From assembly GCA_013265495.1 (NCBI GenBank), contig MU058065.1:6820302-6884301 (forward strand): a DNA stretch of 64,000 nucleotides, written 5' to 3'. Below, piece after piece: positions 38,701 to 50,979 of the stretch. The notes under the pieces were generated by a model, which saw nothing but the letters and a program-made list of their open reading frames with translations, was not told where the DNA came from and ran no database searches. Position 1 is the first letter of the stretch. The number at the start of each line of letters is the position of its first letter. Source of the DNA: Vicugna vicugna (lineage: Eukaryota). A program made the translations under genes and the position numbers.

Positions 38701-41700
38701 AAAATGTAGTTTTCTGGAAAGGCATGTTCACAATCATGGCAGCTCTCTGAGGGAAGTGGGTGTCCGGGAACCCAGGCAGGATGGGCCGTGCCAGATGAGA
38801 ACAATTGTGGTGTTTGGGAGAGGGGGTAAGTGGTGTGGGATTTGGAATGATTATTTGGCTTTAAAATATTTTGAAAAATTATGATACATTGTCTTTTCAG
38901 TTAAAAAAAGTAATCTTAAACATGTGGCATTCTTCAATTTCTGTTTCAGTTTGGGCTTGGAAACGCCTCAGCTCTATTCTTGACTCTTTCACTTGTCATT
39001 GTGGCTTCCTAGAAGGTTCCAAGAAAACTAATGGACTGGAAAGAAAAAGGTCCCAGCCCCAGATCCCAGCCTCTTACTCCATCGCTCAGATAGGAGGGTG
39101 TTGCCACGGTGGGGCCTGTCCTGTGACCTCTGGATGCGTGTGTGTGTATGTGTGTATGTGTGCACGTGTGTGTGTGTGTGTGTGTGTGCGTGCACACGCC
39201 CATGCCCCTGCGCTGAGGGTGTTTGAGGGGAAGAGGCTTGTGAGCAGCTTGACATGAACTGAGTTACTAATGTTTCAAATGCTGCCATGTATCATGCTTC
39301 AGGGAGGAAAACTGGGTGGGCCATGAAATCAAACCGACAAGATAGCCACCGAAATGCCGAAAAGGCCAGTCCCTGCAGCCTTAGAAGGAGTGACTTTCAA
39401 TAAACATTCTAGTCTTCATTTAATGAACATTGTAGCCTCTTCATTTCTAAGTACTGGGATTTCATTTTCCTGAGCCTGCCCAGTGATCCCAGGGCCTCTG
39501 GCGTGGCCAGTGCAGGCCCTAATGTAACCACTGTGGGTAGCATGTGTCTTTGGGTAGGAAGGAACATTTATTAAGCACCTACTGTGTGCCAATGGCTGTT
39601 TTCGGTGTCAGGAATAGAGCGGTGCCTATTCCTGGTGGAGCTTCTAGCGTGTTTGGGGCAGTGGTCAAAACAAGTGATAGACCAGTAAAATAATTAAGTG
39701 TATGACAGCGACAAAGGAGGGGCTGGCTCACAGAGTTGAGAGGCGCTTGGAAATCTTCTTAGACAAAGTGACATTAAAGCAAATCTGAAAGAAGAGAAGT
39801 CTGCAGGGTAGAGCCAGCCAAGAGCATACACAGAGTTCTGCAAGTTGGGAAGAACTTAGTTTGTTTGAGGAAAAGAAAGAAGGGTTAGTGAAGCTGTAAC
39901 CCTGTGAAGGGCAGGGTTGAGGGAGCAGGAGGCGAGGTGGGAGGCAGGCAGGGTCCTCAGAGGCCCCAGGAAGCATGGGCTTTGATCTCAGCGCAATGGA
40001 AGCCGTTGAAGCATTTAAAATATTTCAAGTATTTGAGGGGGTGACAGACACTCCTAGTGCAGGAGACATGGAAGGGATTAAAGTCTACTGAGTACCTACT
40101 GTGTGCCTGACACTGAGCTTAGGGCTTCATAGCCTTGTTTCATTGAAGTTTTGCAAATTTATGGTACAGGTAATACAATCATTATTGTAAGAAGATAGAG
40201 ATTCAGAGAGGGACTAACACTTGCCCAGGGTCACACAGCATGATAAGTGGCAGGGAGCAGAAATCGGAATGCAGGCCTGTCAAGCTCTCACCTCTCTTTG
40301 CCTCCCCACACTTGCATCCCAGCAGGGCCCTGATCGCCAGTGGTTTGTGGCACCAGGGCTGAATGGGCAGCAGGTAGGAGTGAGGGAGGGATCCTGTGGT
40401 CCTGGGCATGCCTCTGAGGAGCTCCATACTGCTGCCCAAGATGAGGGGAAGATGCGATGTTTGCCTAATTCCCCATTTGAGGACCGTCCACTCATTCCTG
40501 CCCTAATCCCTTTTGCTTTGAGGTCTAACTCACCTCAAAGGAAAAGGAAACCCAGAGGAAACTCACCTGCTTGAAAAAATGGTCTCATAAAACATCTGAG
40601 CTGGAAGGAGGAGTTTTAGAGATCCCACCATCTCCTTTTGCAAATCAAGGACCTAAGGCTGGAAGGGGAAGGCCAGTGTCCCACAGTCCCACAGCCAGAA
40701 AGCCAGGGGGTGGGTATTGGAAGCCCAGGTGTATTTTTAAAGCCCCCGGGCTGTTCTGCTCTGGGGCCTGCTGCATCTCCCCTCTGCATCTAGCCTGGGG
40801 CTCTGCCCCTGCCCACCTGGTGGCATTTATTCTCCACACCACAGCCAGAGTGATCCTTCAAACACCCAGGTCAGACCATGAGACCCCTCTGCTCATGACT
40901 CTGCTCCTACAGCACGTGGGAGTCCAGCCACACACCCGTTTGCTCACGTCGGAATATAGACTAGCTCCATGGAGCAGTAAGTCCTCGAAAACACAGTTCA
41001 GCCCAGAAGAGGCCTGTCTACACAGACAGAAGGCAGTTAGTGGTTGCCCAGGGTTGGGGAGGTTGCAGAGAAATGGGTAGTGACTGCTAATGAGTACAGA
41101 ATTTCTCTGTGGGGTAATGAAAATAATCTAAAGTTGATTGTGGCGATAGATGTACAACTTTGTGACTATTTTAAAAACCACTGAATTGTCTTTTAAAAGC
41201 AAAGAAGTACATTTTTAACATTAAAACAGTCACATCATGTCCCCCGTCTGCTCAGGACTGTCACTGGTTCAAAGTCAAGTCAAAAGCAAGGTCCTTGTGA
41301 TGACCTACTGGGGTCTCCCGTGACCCCCCACCCCTGGCCTTTTCCTGCATCCTCTCCCTCCTTCGCTCTGCCGGGGCTACAGCGACATCCTTGATGTTGT
41401 GCCTTTGCTCTTGCTGTTTGCTCTGCCTGGAACATTCCTTTACCACATATCCAAATGGCTCACTCCTCACTTCCTTCAGGTCTAGATTCCAATTTTAGGG
41501 AGGCCTTCCCTGGCCATGACACCTCATCTAAACTATCACTCCTGATGCTTACCATTCCCCTTCCCTGCTCTATTTTTTTCCTTCTTAGAACTTACCACAA
41601 TCTGATATCCTGCGTATTTTGCTTGCTTATACTTATCAACTGCCTCCCTATTGGCATGTAAGCTCCACAAGGGCAGGAATTTTGTCTGTTTTATTCATGA

Positions 41701-44700
41701 AAGTATTTTCAGTGCAGAGTGGGCACTCTGAGTGTTTGTGGAATGACTGAATGATGGAAGGGATGACAGGCAGCAAGACAGGGGTCTGTGAGACAGGGGC
41801 TTCCCCAGCCTCAGGGAGCAGCCTGGGGCTGGTGGTTTCCCTGGAACCCCCAGCTACTCCCTCCAGCCTGTCTTCATCCCCAGAAGAAGGCCTGGGTGGG
41901 CAAGACCCCTGCATTCACTTAGGGCCTGAATCATGGGAATCTTTGCTGACCAAAGCACAGGACTCAGCTGAGTGTCTGGTGGGAGGAGTCCCAGGGGGTC
42001 TTTTTGAGTTGGTTTCTGGGCTGCTGGGCCTCTCTCAGCCTTTTAAGCAGTCAGTAGATACTCTGTGATTCAGTCTGAATCACAGACTCAGGCTCCCCTG
42101 GGGGTCGGGGCAGGTGTCAGCCACGTGGGAGAGACAAGGCAGGCGGGCAGACTGAGGCATGCAGAGACCACGGGAGAGACACGGAGAGACTGAGTCAGAC
42201 CAAGGAAGATCTTTGCACAGCGGAAATTTTTTAAAAATAAATTTTGACAAAGAAATCGAGACACTGAGAGATCTAGGGGGAAAAGTAGAGATGAAACAGG
42301 GCACTTTGGACCCTTGAGGTTAATGTGGTGATTGCAGGATGAAGATGCTGGATGGTGAGAGAGGGGAGGGGGCAGCAGGGAGACTGAAATACAGGCACTC
42401 GGGATACTGGCCCAGGGGTCGTGTTTAAGCCCACTGGTTCCGGAGACAGTTGTGGGTTCCGGCTCTCAGCTCCTCTACTCACTAGCTGATACTGGGTGAG
42501 TTGTGTAGCATCTTTAAACCTTAGCCTCCTTGTTTATAAAATGAGGGTTCTCGGAGGACTGATCTCCTGAGGTGGCTATGAAGAAGCACCTGGAATAGTG
42601 CCAGAGATGTAGTAAATGCTCGGTAATGATAGTTATGATTACAATTATTAAGAAGGTGAAAGAGAGATTGTATAAAAGGGAACAGGAAAATGAGAGACAA
42701 ACAGAAGAAAAGAGAGACTGAAAGAGATAGAGAGGCAGGATCATGGTGGGGCAGGAAGGCTGCATGGATGGACAAGAGAGAGGGGAGCCCAGAAGAGGCA
42801 GCAGAAAGGGGCAAAGGTGATTGTGGGAGGGAAGGAAGGGGCCAGAGACTAGACAGCTCCTGGGGTTACGCAGCGAGGTCACTGAGGGAGGGGGCTGGCA
42901 AGGGGAAGCCACCCAAGAGCGGAAACAATACCCTACATGCCTCAGCATCCCCAACTTGTGCCCCGCACCGGGCCTGGTGCACCAGAGGTGCTCAGAAGAT
43001 GTTTGCTTTTTGACCATGACCGCAAGCCTCCTGCCCCTGGACTCCCGGCTCCTGGCTTGTTCTGATGGTTGCCTAGGTTACCTTCTGAGCTGCTCCTGCA
43101 GTGCCTTCAGCTCCCCTTCCTGCTCCTTCAGCAGCTGCTCCTGGTGCTGGGCCTTCTCCTTGGTTTTCTGGAGACCATGTCTGAGGCTCTGAGGGCGGGA
43201 GAGGGTGAGAGGAAGGGAAATGGAAGCTGAAGGAGGAGGGCAGTGACCCTAGCCCAGGGCCTGACCTGACAGACACCCCTCTGAGACCCCAGGTCATGTG
43301 AAACAGCCCTTGGGTGGCGGGCTGGACTGGGGACAGCACTAGGAGCTGGCTCTGTCCCTGGGTGAGCCTGAAGCCACCATCTCTTCCTTCATTAAAGGAT
43401 TGAAGTTACAAAGTTCAAGGATCTGGAAGACTCCGGCTGGGGAGGAAGCTGAAGGAAGGCTTGAGAATGATCCAGGAGAAGCATCAATAAAAGCGAGGAG
43501 GCGGGGTCTGCAGTAGGAGAACTTAGAATCTGCCAATAATGTGGGCTATGGAACTTGAGAACAAGCAACTGCCCTGAAGAACTGCTAGGAAGGGATCACA
43601 AACTCAAATGCCTACAAGGGCTGGGAAGGTAGTATTGATGAATAAAGTAGGCTGGGTGTGAAGCAATAGGGAGAGGTGGGGACTGCGGTGGACTGAAGAA
43701 TGCATGTTATTCACGTGACAAACTGAAGAACTTCCAAAAGGCATCCTCAGATCCTAATGATCCTGTGTGGACCAATACAAATTGATCTGTGGGCAGGAAT
43801 GGCCCCGGGCTACCCTTGAGGACACCCATCCGTGGGCCAGGTTGGGGAAGAGAGAAAAGATAGGGAAAGAGCTCAACTGCTCTCACCTTGACCACATCCT
43901 GCAAAGCCATCTCTGCTTGTTCCTCCTTCCTGGTCACACTGGTCACTTCTGTTTGCTCTTGGGGTTTCTCTGTGGTGGAGCCTTCCTTTGTTCCCTGAAG
44001 GACCCAGGGCTCCCCTGGGATGCTGGGCACCTCTCCCTCCTGCCTGCTCCCTGATGCTGCGTCCTCTACTGTCCCTTTAGGGCTGGAGGCCAGCAGCCTA
44101 CGGACATGACCCCACTCTGCTTCTCCTTCATGAGTCCTGTCTGTTGTTCTCTGGCCCGACACATCCAGCAACACCCCCCTGCCTTCCGCCTCTGTCCCTA
44201 TCACCTCTTTCAGAGGTGCCTTGGCCCCCTCTCCCTGTCCCTGGATACTGGGTGTTGAGTTCTCTAGGTAGATCCCTGTCCTTGGAGCTCCTTTCTCTTG
44301 GTCTTGCTGAAGCTCCTCCCCCTCTGGTTCCCACATGCTCTGGGGGTGCCCAAGACTCCTGGGATCTTTTCTCTTCTTTTCCAAAGAGGAGGGAAGATGC
44401 TTGTGTTGCTGGGTCCTGGGGAGTCCAGCCAACCGGTCTTCCCTGGGTGCATCTTGCAGACAGCCAGCTTGGCTGGTGTATGGCTCCTCTGGGTGGACTC
44501 CTATGGGGTCTCTGTATGTGGCTGAGATCTGCAGAGAAGCCCCAAACCCATCACCCCTTTCAGTACCAATTCATCAACCTGGTGCCTGTGAGAAGCCACA
44601 GCCCTAATCCATTGAGCTGGCTAAGGGTATGGATTCCTGGCTCCTCCCACTAGAAATATTGATTCAGCAGATCTGGGGTAGGGTCCAGGAATCTGGATGT

Positions 44701-47700
44701 TGACAGCACCCCAGGAGACTGGAGGCCCGGGCTTTGATCTGTTCAGGGAGCAGCAGTGCTTCTCAATGCCCTTTCCTTTCTCACCTTGTACCTGCATCTT
44801 TCTCCTTCCTTTACCTCCATCTTTTGCACTGATCTGATTTCCCCTAAGTTCTTCCCATCCATCTCCTTTAGTCTTTTCCCCTGAACTTGACTTCTCTGTG
44901 TTTCTGTTTTCTCATCTGTAAAATGGGAATCATAATACTGCCTTGTGGTTGTGGTGAAAGCTTAAACAGACAGCCCCTAAGAGTCACTTCTGTCAAGAAG
45001 CCTTCTCTGCGCTCCCATGTTCCTGGGCATGTCTGATCACTACACTTGTGTTGCAATGTGTTCCTTTAGGGCCTGTCTCCCTGAACAGACCTGGAACTCC
45101 TTTTTAGGACAGAGATAGAGTCATAGCATTTGCACCTGGTGCCTGGAAGCTGGTGGGGGTGCAAAGTGAGCTTGTGGAAGGATGATAACCACAAGTTACC
45201 CCTTATTGATCATGTTGCAGGGGCCCTGCTCTGTGCTGGATGTGGGCTGTCACAATGCATCCTCAGGATGCCCCCCGCCAGGTGGGACAAGTTTCATATC
45301 CAAGGTTGGTAACGGATGGAGCTGGAATGTGAACTGGGCAATCTAGCTCTTCAATCATTCCTTGAATTGAACTGAGATGTTTGCAAATTGTCCAGCAGAG
45401 GATGTTTCCCTCGGCTGTTTCCTATGAGCTTCCGGTCACCTTCCCCAGCATTTCCTCCTCCCCTGGGCCCCAGTGGCACTTGCAGATGGTGCCAGTGGTT
45501 CCTTTCTCTCTTCCATATCCTCACCACCTTAGAAGCATGAGCCTTTCCTTCTGTGGCTCCCTAGCCCCAGGTCCCCATGTTGGCCTCTTCCTCTCTGTCT
45601 GTCCAGATGGCTCAGTTACTTCTCAACCTGGGGGTCCCCACAGAGATGGAGGAGAGGCAACTCAGAGTGAAAGTTGGGAAGAGGCACCTCCTTTGGGGAA
45701 TCTTTGGTCTTTCTGGGTCTTCTCCCTTGGGTCCGATTGGAATTGGAGCAGTGGGACCTGAAAATGAAAGTGGCAGGGGGGCCTCGGGCCTCTCTCGAGC
45801 AGCGGTCTGGGTTCTCAGATGCAGGATATCCCATATTTCCAATCACCCATTCATCCCATCACCCCTCCCATCTTCCTGCCCTTCCACCCTCATGCGTGCA
45901 TCCTCCTCTCCATCCACCCATGCATCCCACCCTCCACCCATCCTTCCAACCCATCCCAACATCCCAATATCCATTCATCCTTCTAAACGTCTACCCCAAA
46001 CATCCAACAAGTGACTTTGTGTTCTATGCAGCATCATGGGACATCATAAGGTCACACTGGGGAAACAGAAGGCTAGGGAGGTGGAGACCCGGGAATCAGG
46101 GAGCAAGAAGGGAGAGAGGAAAAGATGGGGTTGGGGGCTAGTTTGGGTGGGTAGTGGTAACAGGAGCAGGTATTGAAAAGAGTCCCTTCACGCTACACCT
46201 ACTCACTCTGAGAACATGGGCCAGGCCCCATCCAAGTCTGGCCACTGCAGGTCCAAGTCGAAAGCCACTTCATTGAGAGCATAGAGGGAATCCAGGATGT
46301 CTTCCTGGAGTTCAGGGCACACCAGAGGGCTCCGGGGGCCATACCACTCCCTGTGTTAACAGTGATCAGTACCCTTGACCTCTGGCCCTGGTGCTATTCC
46401 ACCCCCAGCCTCAGAGAATCCAGCTCCACTGCACACCCTATTGGGATGGTTCCCCAGGCAGGGTTGTGGCCACTGGGGAGCAGGAGGCCCAAGCATCATG
46501 ATGTTACCAGGACTGGGATTCTAACATCCCCTCTGCCCTTTCTCCTTTGACTTTCCCTTTATGACCCTCATTTTAGCTGTCCTTGATATTAAACCACCAT
46601 TCTGAGGTAAAGAGAGATCTTCATGAAGGAGGGACATGGGCTCAGATGGTATCAGTAGCCACACCTGGTAAGCTCTGGGTTCAGGAGGCAGAGCTGCAAG
46701 AACTCAGCCAGCTGTCCATGGGCGAGGCAGAAGCGGATGAAGGCACGGCCTTTTCCCAGTGAGGTCTTCAGCTGTAGAGCCCACAGGGGACAAGTGAGGG
46801 GGTGGTGATGTTAGGACAGAGGGAACCAACTGGCACAGAGACAGAGGAGCTGGGAACGAGTGGTTGGTGGGAAAGGGTGTCCTGGGACTTGAGGCTGTGG
46901 GAGGAAAGGCAGTGGCTAGAGGGGTGCTGAGGGCAGGGCTCAAGAGAGATGAGGACCAGGTGAGGGAGTCTATGGTCAGTGGAGCTGGGATGGGGGAGAG
47001 AAGGGCCTCGGGCGGGTCTTTTTCCCCTCCTGGCCCCTGAGCCATCCTTGTTAAGGGCCAAGTGGCAGGTCTCCATCACGCTGAGGCCAGCCTCCCTGCC
47101 ACCTCGCCCTGGATACCTTGCTTTGTGAGTGGACGAAGCAGGCTGGCTCTGTGTCCCCCCGCTGCTGCCCCAGGGCAGTGCAGAGGAAGTCCCAGTAATC
47201 CTTCCGAGGCCTCAGGAAGCCCTTCTGCTCTTTCTGGTCAAACTGGAAGCAAGTAGAGGGAAGGGAAAGTGCAGAAATATTTCTTCCCAGAACCTGCTCT
47301 GCATTCCAGCAGGCTGAGCGGGTCCATGGTAGGGGGGAAAGAGCTTGTGCAGACAAGCCCAGCTTCAGGTCCTGGCTCTGCCCTGACTGGCTGTGTGACC
47401 AGGAGCAAGCTGCTTGACCTCTCTGAGCCTTCAAAGTTCTCATTCATTCCTTCATTCATTTCAGAAATACTTACAGAGCACTTACTATCTGCCAGACCCT
47501 GTTTTAAGCCCTGGGGATACAGCAATGAACAACTGACCTCATGGGTTTACATCCTGGTAGGGGAAACAGACAATGAGCAAACTGAATAGGTAAAATATAT
47601 AGTATGCTAGAGTGTGCTGACTGCTAAGGAGGAAAAATAAAGGAGGGAGAGGGAATAGAAAGTGTGTGGTGTGTGCATGCATGTGTGAAATGTGTGTGTG

Positions 47701-48763
47701 GTGTGTGTGTTAAAAATCTAGATTTGGGTGACCAGAGAAAGCCCCACTGAGGAGATACTATTCAAGTCCAGATCTGAAGGAAATGAGAAAGTATGCCATC
47801 CAAATTTCTGGGGGAGGAGCATTCCAGGCAGAGGGAATAGCAAGTGCAAAGACCCTGAGGTGGATGCTTTCTTGGTGAGTTTTAGGAAGATCAAGGAAGC
47901 CAATGTGACTGGAGTGCAGCAGATGAGGGGCAGACTGGCAGGAGACTCACACAGGCACACAACACATACCACACACACACACAAACCTCACACACACATG
48001 CACACTCATACCACACACACATACAAGCACAGAGAAAAGGAGGAAGGGTGTGTGTGTGTGTGTGGGTGGGGATGGGCTGGTCATCAAGCACCTCAGGGGA
48101 TTAGAGGGAAAATGAAACAAGATGGGCATGGAAAGAACTTAGCTGGGCACATAGTAAGTACTCAATAAAAGCTAGTGATGGTGATGACTGGGGCTGTAAC
48201 CAGTAGCAAGGAGGGCCAACCCAAGGATATCCGTGCCTCTGAAACTTTTGTCTTTAGAGCAGGGTGGCTGCCCCCAGCCCCACCAAACCCTGCCCCAGCC
48301 TGGTCCCACCTCACTTCCCAGACTACAGGGACAGCCTCCAAGGGTGAAGTTATTTGTCAGGAAGGACCTGCTGATTGAGGGAGATGAGGCCATGCATGGC
48401 AGCAAAAAGATTTCTGAGAATCTGGGAAAGCCCATCGGGTGGTTGGTCACTGGGACCTGGAGAGATGGGAGAGGTGGGGAGGGGAGGGCCTGACCTGCAG
48501 CAGAAGCTCCAGGCAGCCACAGAGTCTGTGCAGCTCAGCGCTGGCATCTGTCACCGGCTGCTGCCCACTCCCAAAGCCCTGGAGGATGGCGGAGACGGCC
48601 GCTTTGGGGAGGATGGTGTACATCAGACATTGGGTAGTGGGGGCTCTGGCAGAGGCTCCCGAGACCCTGAACCTCTCCCCCAACTTGGTCCCAGAAACTC
48701 TCTCAGGACATACTCACCCTTCAGGTCCCTGGTGATCTTGAGGACCTCTCCCTCTTCCGCCAT
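32606..48763 (-). CDS. RUFY4: RUN and FYVE domain-containing protein 4, 11 coding exons, 569 aa (whole span)
   Basis: Exons assembled by hand, all GT-AG and phase-consistent; lengths 46+107+126+107+144+70+642+107+147+111+103 = 1710 nt. Translation gives RUN domain, linker, coiled coil and FYVE-type zinc finger collinear with recalled human RUFY4. Confidence 0.95.
33250..33360 (-). CDS. RUFY4: RUFY4 coding exon 10 (EKDDLWQKV...CCVSCSKIFGRLSRQYPCR), first half of FYVE
   Basis: ccatcag acceptor; AG|gtaatg donor; 111 nt. Confidence 0.93.
33395..33845. repeat. GA-rich low-complexity tract (degenerate GAGACA)
   Basis: About 450 nt of AGAGAC/GAGAGA repeats. Confidence 0.9.
34622..34820 (-). mobile_element. 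MER3-like hAT-Charlie element
   Basis: ATATGGTAGCCACTAGCCACATGTG...AAATTCAGTTCC...CAGAACATT. Confidence 0.65.
35939..36116 (-). mobile_element. Vic-1-like SINE with duplicated tail
   Basis: Reverse complement of the same SINE head; long poly(T) on the plus strand; GGGGTAATTAGGTTT occurs twice. Confidence 0.85.
37866..38012 (-). CDS. RUFY4: RUFY4 coding exon 9 (CQEERAWLQAEL...RVLELIQ), coiled coil
   Basis: gcacag acceptor; CA|gtaagg donor; 147 nt. Confidence 0.93.
38139..38550. repeat. Degenerate (CA)-rich tract
   Basis: About 410 nt of CACAC/CACAT repeats. Confidence 0.9.
41230..41760 (+). mobile_element. L2 3' fragment (other L2 pieces near 9440-10020, 29560-30900, 39560-40010, 47440-47930)
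   Basis: CTCTGCCTGGAACATTCC...GGCTCACTCCTCACTTCCTTCAGGTCT...GTAAGCTCCACAAGGGCAGG...GAATGACTGAATGA. Confidence 0.7.
43082..43188 (-). CDS. RUFY4: RUFY4 coding exon 8 (SLRHGLQKTKEKAQHQEQLL...), coiled coil
   Basis: ccctcag acceptor; AG|gtaacc donor; 107 nt. Confidence 0.92.
43887..44528 (-). CDS. RUFY4: RUFY4 coding exon 7 (ISATYRDP...ALQDVVK), long linker
   Basis: ctctgcag acceptor; AAG|gtgaga donor; 642 nt, in frame with ORF 43707..44432. Confidence 0.92.
45688..45757 (-). CDS. RUFY4: RUFY4 coding exon 6 (SHCSNSNRTQGRRPRKTKDSPKE)
   Basis: ttttcag acceptor; weak GAG|gtgcct donor; 70 nt restores phase 0. Confidence 0.82.
46207..46350 (-). CDS. RUFY4: RUFY4 coding exon 5 (EWYGPRSPLV...WPMFSE)
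   Basis: acacag acceptor; GA|gtgagt donor; 144 nt. Confidence 0.92.
46665..46771 (-). CDS. RUFY4: RUFY4 coding exon 4 (LKTSLGKGRAFIRFCL...ELTR), RUN domain
   Basis: ctacag acceptor; AG|gtgtgg donor; RUN-domain GRAFIR motif; 107 nt. Confidence 0.92.
47117..47242 (-). CDS. RUFY4: RUFY4 coding exon 3 (FDQKEQKGFL...HSQSK), RUN domain
   Basis: ttccag acceptor; AAG|gtatcc donor; 126 nt. Confidence 0.92.
48495..48601 (-). CDS. RUFY4: RUFY4 coding exon 2 (AAVSAILQGFG...LELLLQ)
   Basis: cccaaag acceptor; CAG|gtcagg donor; 107 nt. Confidence 0.92.
48718..48763 (-). CDS. RUFY4: RUFY4 coding exon 1 (MAEEGEVLKITRDLK)
   Basis: ATG at 48763-48761; donor G|gtgagt; phase 1. Confidence 0.9.
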
Positions 48764-50372
48764 GAATATTTGAAAGTGATGTGATTCCTTGTGGCTCCAG
48801 AATATCAGCCCAGGAAGGAACCTCTGGCTTCAGCCACCCAGCGGTCTCTATATACAAAAGATCAGAAGGGATGTGACATCTTTGGGGCCACGGAGAGGGT
48901 TAACTGGTGGGAGGGTGGGAGGATGACAGTGTGACCCCCACTCATGGAGCAGTTCCTGGGAGTCAGACCCTGTGCCCCTGCCCCGTGTCCCTAACAGCCT
49001 TGTCTCATTCAATCCCCATAATGACCCTAGGAGGGTTACCTCAATTCCATTTTATACAAGGAGAAGGAGTTCAGAGAGGATAATTGTTTTATCCAATGTC
49101 ACAAAGCTCTCAATGGTGAAGCTAGAATTTGAACTGGGGTCTGGCTGCCCACAGGGCCCATGTTCTCAGTCCCGGCTGGATGTGAGCGGCCCTGTTAGAA
49201 CACAAGCCATGTAGATGCTGGGCTGAGATGCCACCCCTTCCCCACAGGGGGCTTTGCCAGAGCAGTCGTCATCCTTGGAACACACATTCATCCTTTCCTG
49301 GGTCCCAGCTGAGTGGAAAATGTGTGTTCTTTGAGGAAAAGGAGGCAGAAGTAAGGCGAGGCCCCAGAGTGGGGCGTCGGCCAGAATGCTGGGTAGGAAG
49401 CAGGACAAGCGATTTTTATCCTGTGGCTTTCTTCCAAGTGACCCTAAGCCTGTTCCCCTCACAATGGGTCCTGGGGCTCAGAGAGGAACACGGTGGCCCC
49501 TGAAGGCCAGTGGGCTTATTCTGAGAGTCTGAAGTAAAGACAGGCATGGGGTGGGAAACCCAGATGTCCTGTCCCCCAGGCTGTGGTGCCTGGAATTTTG
49601 GAGTGAGTGGGAGTGAAGGAGCGGTAGGATGCAGTGGAGGGGAAGAAAGAAGGAGATGAAGGTAAATGAGGAGGGTGGGTGGGAGATGCATTCAGATGTG
49701 CTGGGAGTCAATAGACCTGGTTTTCCATTCTGGCCCTGCTGCTAACTCAGTGTGTGACCTGGGGCACATCCTCCGCCCTTCTTGGGCCTGTTTCCCCATC
49801 TATAGATCAAGGGGTTGGGCTGAGGGTCTCCACAGCTCCTCCTAACCCTGGTTGTCTATGAAATCCACAAACATCCAGATGGACCTTTTCCTTTCCTCGT
49901 CACTATCCAGGATTCCTCTGCCCTTGCTCCCAGCATCACCCCATTTTCCCAGCCACCCCCAGACCTGGGGGCTTCCCTGCTACTCACCTGGGAAGGCCTG
50001 GCTGGCTGGGGCATGGGAAGGAGGACACTGCAGCCTGAGACCGTCACTTGTGACTGAGGGCCCCAGCTCAGCCTTCCCCAGAGTTTGCTGCCTGGGAAGT
50101 GACTCAGGCCTGGCCCAGCCCACTGGAGGAGGGGGAAACCTTGCTTATAGAGGGAGGAGCAGAAGACTGCAGGGGAGCAGTGGTAGAGGCAGGGTTAAGA
50201 GCTCCAGGACAGAAGGGGTGAGATGAGGGATGGCTCCTCTCAGGCAGACCTGGGGTAGATGCACTTATTGACCAAACACAGACTCAGACTCACCCATGTG
50301 GTAGTGGCAATTGATGCTCTACAAGTTTCTTTCCCCTTCTCATCACAGTCACTCTTGTCTTTCTTCCTTATC

Positions 50373-50387
50373 GCCACCAGGTGGCAC
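50373..50387. promoter_or_regulatory. CTCF-like motif
   Basis: GCCACCAGGTGGCAC matches the CCASYAGRKGGCRS consensus. Confidence 0.55.
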
Positions 50388-50979
50388 AAAGAGGCTATGA
50401 TGCTGCCCCATCTGATACTAGGCAGGCTTCACCATCACTTGGTTGGAGTGTCCTGCAGGTGGGGAGGGGAGGGCATGGGTCCCACCACATGTCTCCCTCC
50501 TCCTCCCCTCCTCAGTCTTCTGAGAGGTCCCTGTGAGTGCTGCTCACCAGTGCCATTTTCCCAGTTCTGGGATCACCCCTAAAAGGATTAAAGTGAAAGC
50601 ACTGGTGAGATGCTGTGTCCAGGAACCCACAAGGGGGGTTGCCCAGGAGGGCTTGTGGTCCTCCCACTCTGGCTTTGCTCTGCCTCCTTAAGGCGGGGGT
50701 CTTTCCACCACCCGGTCCCCAAGGGCTAGTACTAGGGACAGAGAACAGAGAAACAGGCACCCGCGAGGACTATCCTTTCCCACCCCCAGGAACCGCATGC
50801 AAACACTGGCGCACGCGGTACCCTCCTGCCACGACAGGGTCCTCTTACCAGGACTGCCTGCCGGTATCTCCTTTTCTGGGACTCGGTCTCCTGCGTGCAG
50901 AGGCTTCGTCCCCCTTCTCTGTCTCCCGTGTGCCTGTCTCCCGTCTCTCCCTCATTATCTCTCCTTACCTGCTTCCTGC

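Noticed and set aside
43707..43886. Open frame continuing 60 codons past the RUFY4 exon 7 donor
   Set aside because: Good donor at 43886 and no nearby minus-strand poly(A) signal noticed; likely chance.
47284..48420. STAT-type TTCN3GAA motifs in RUFY4 intron 2 (47284 and 48412)
   Set aside because: Short motifs expected by chance; no clustering or other support.
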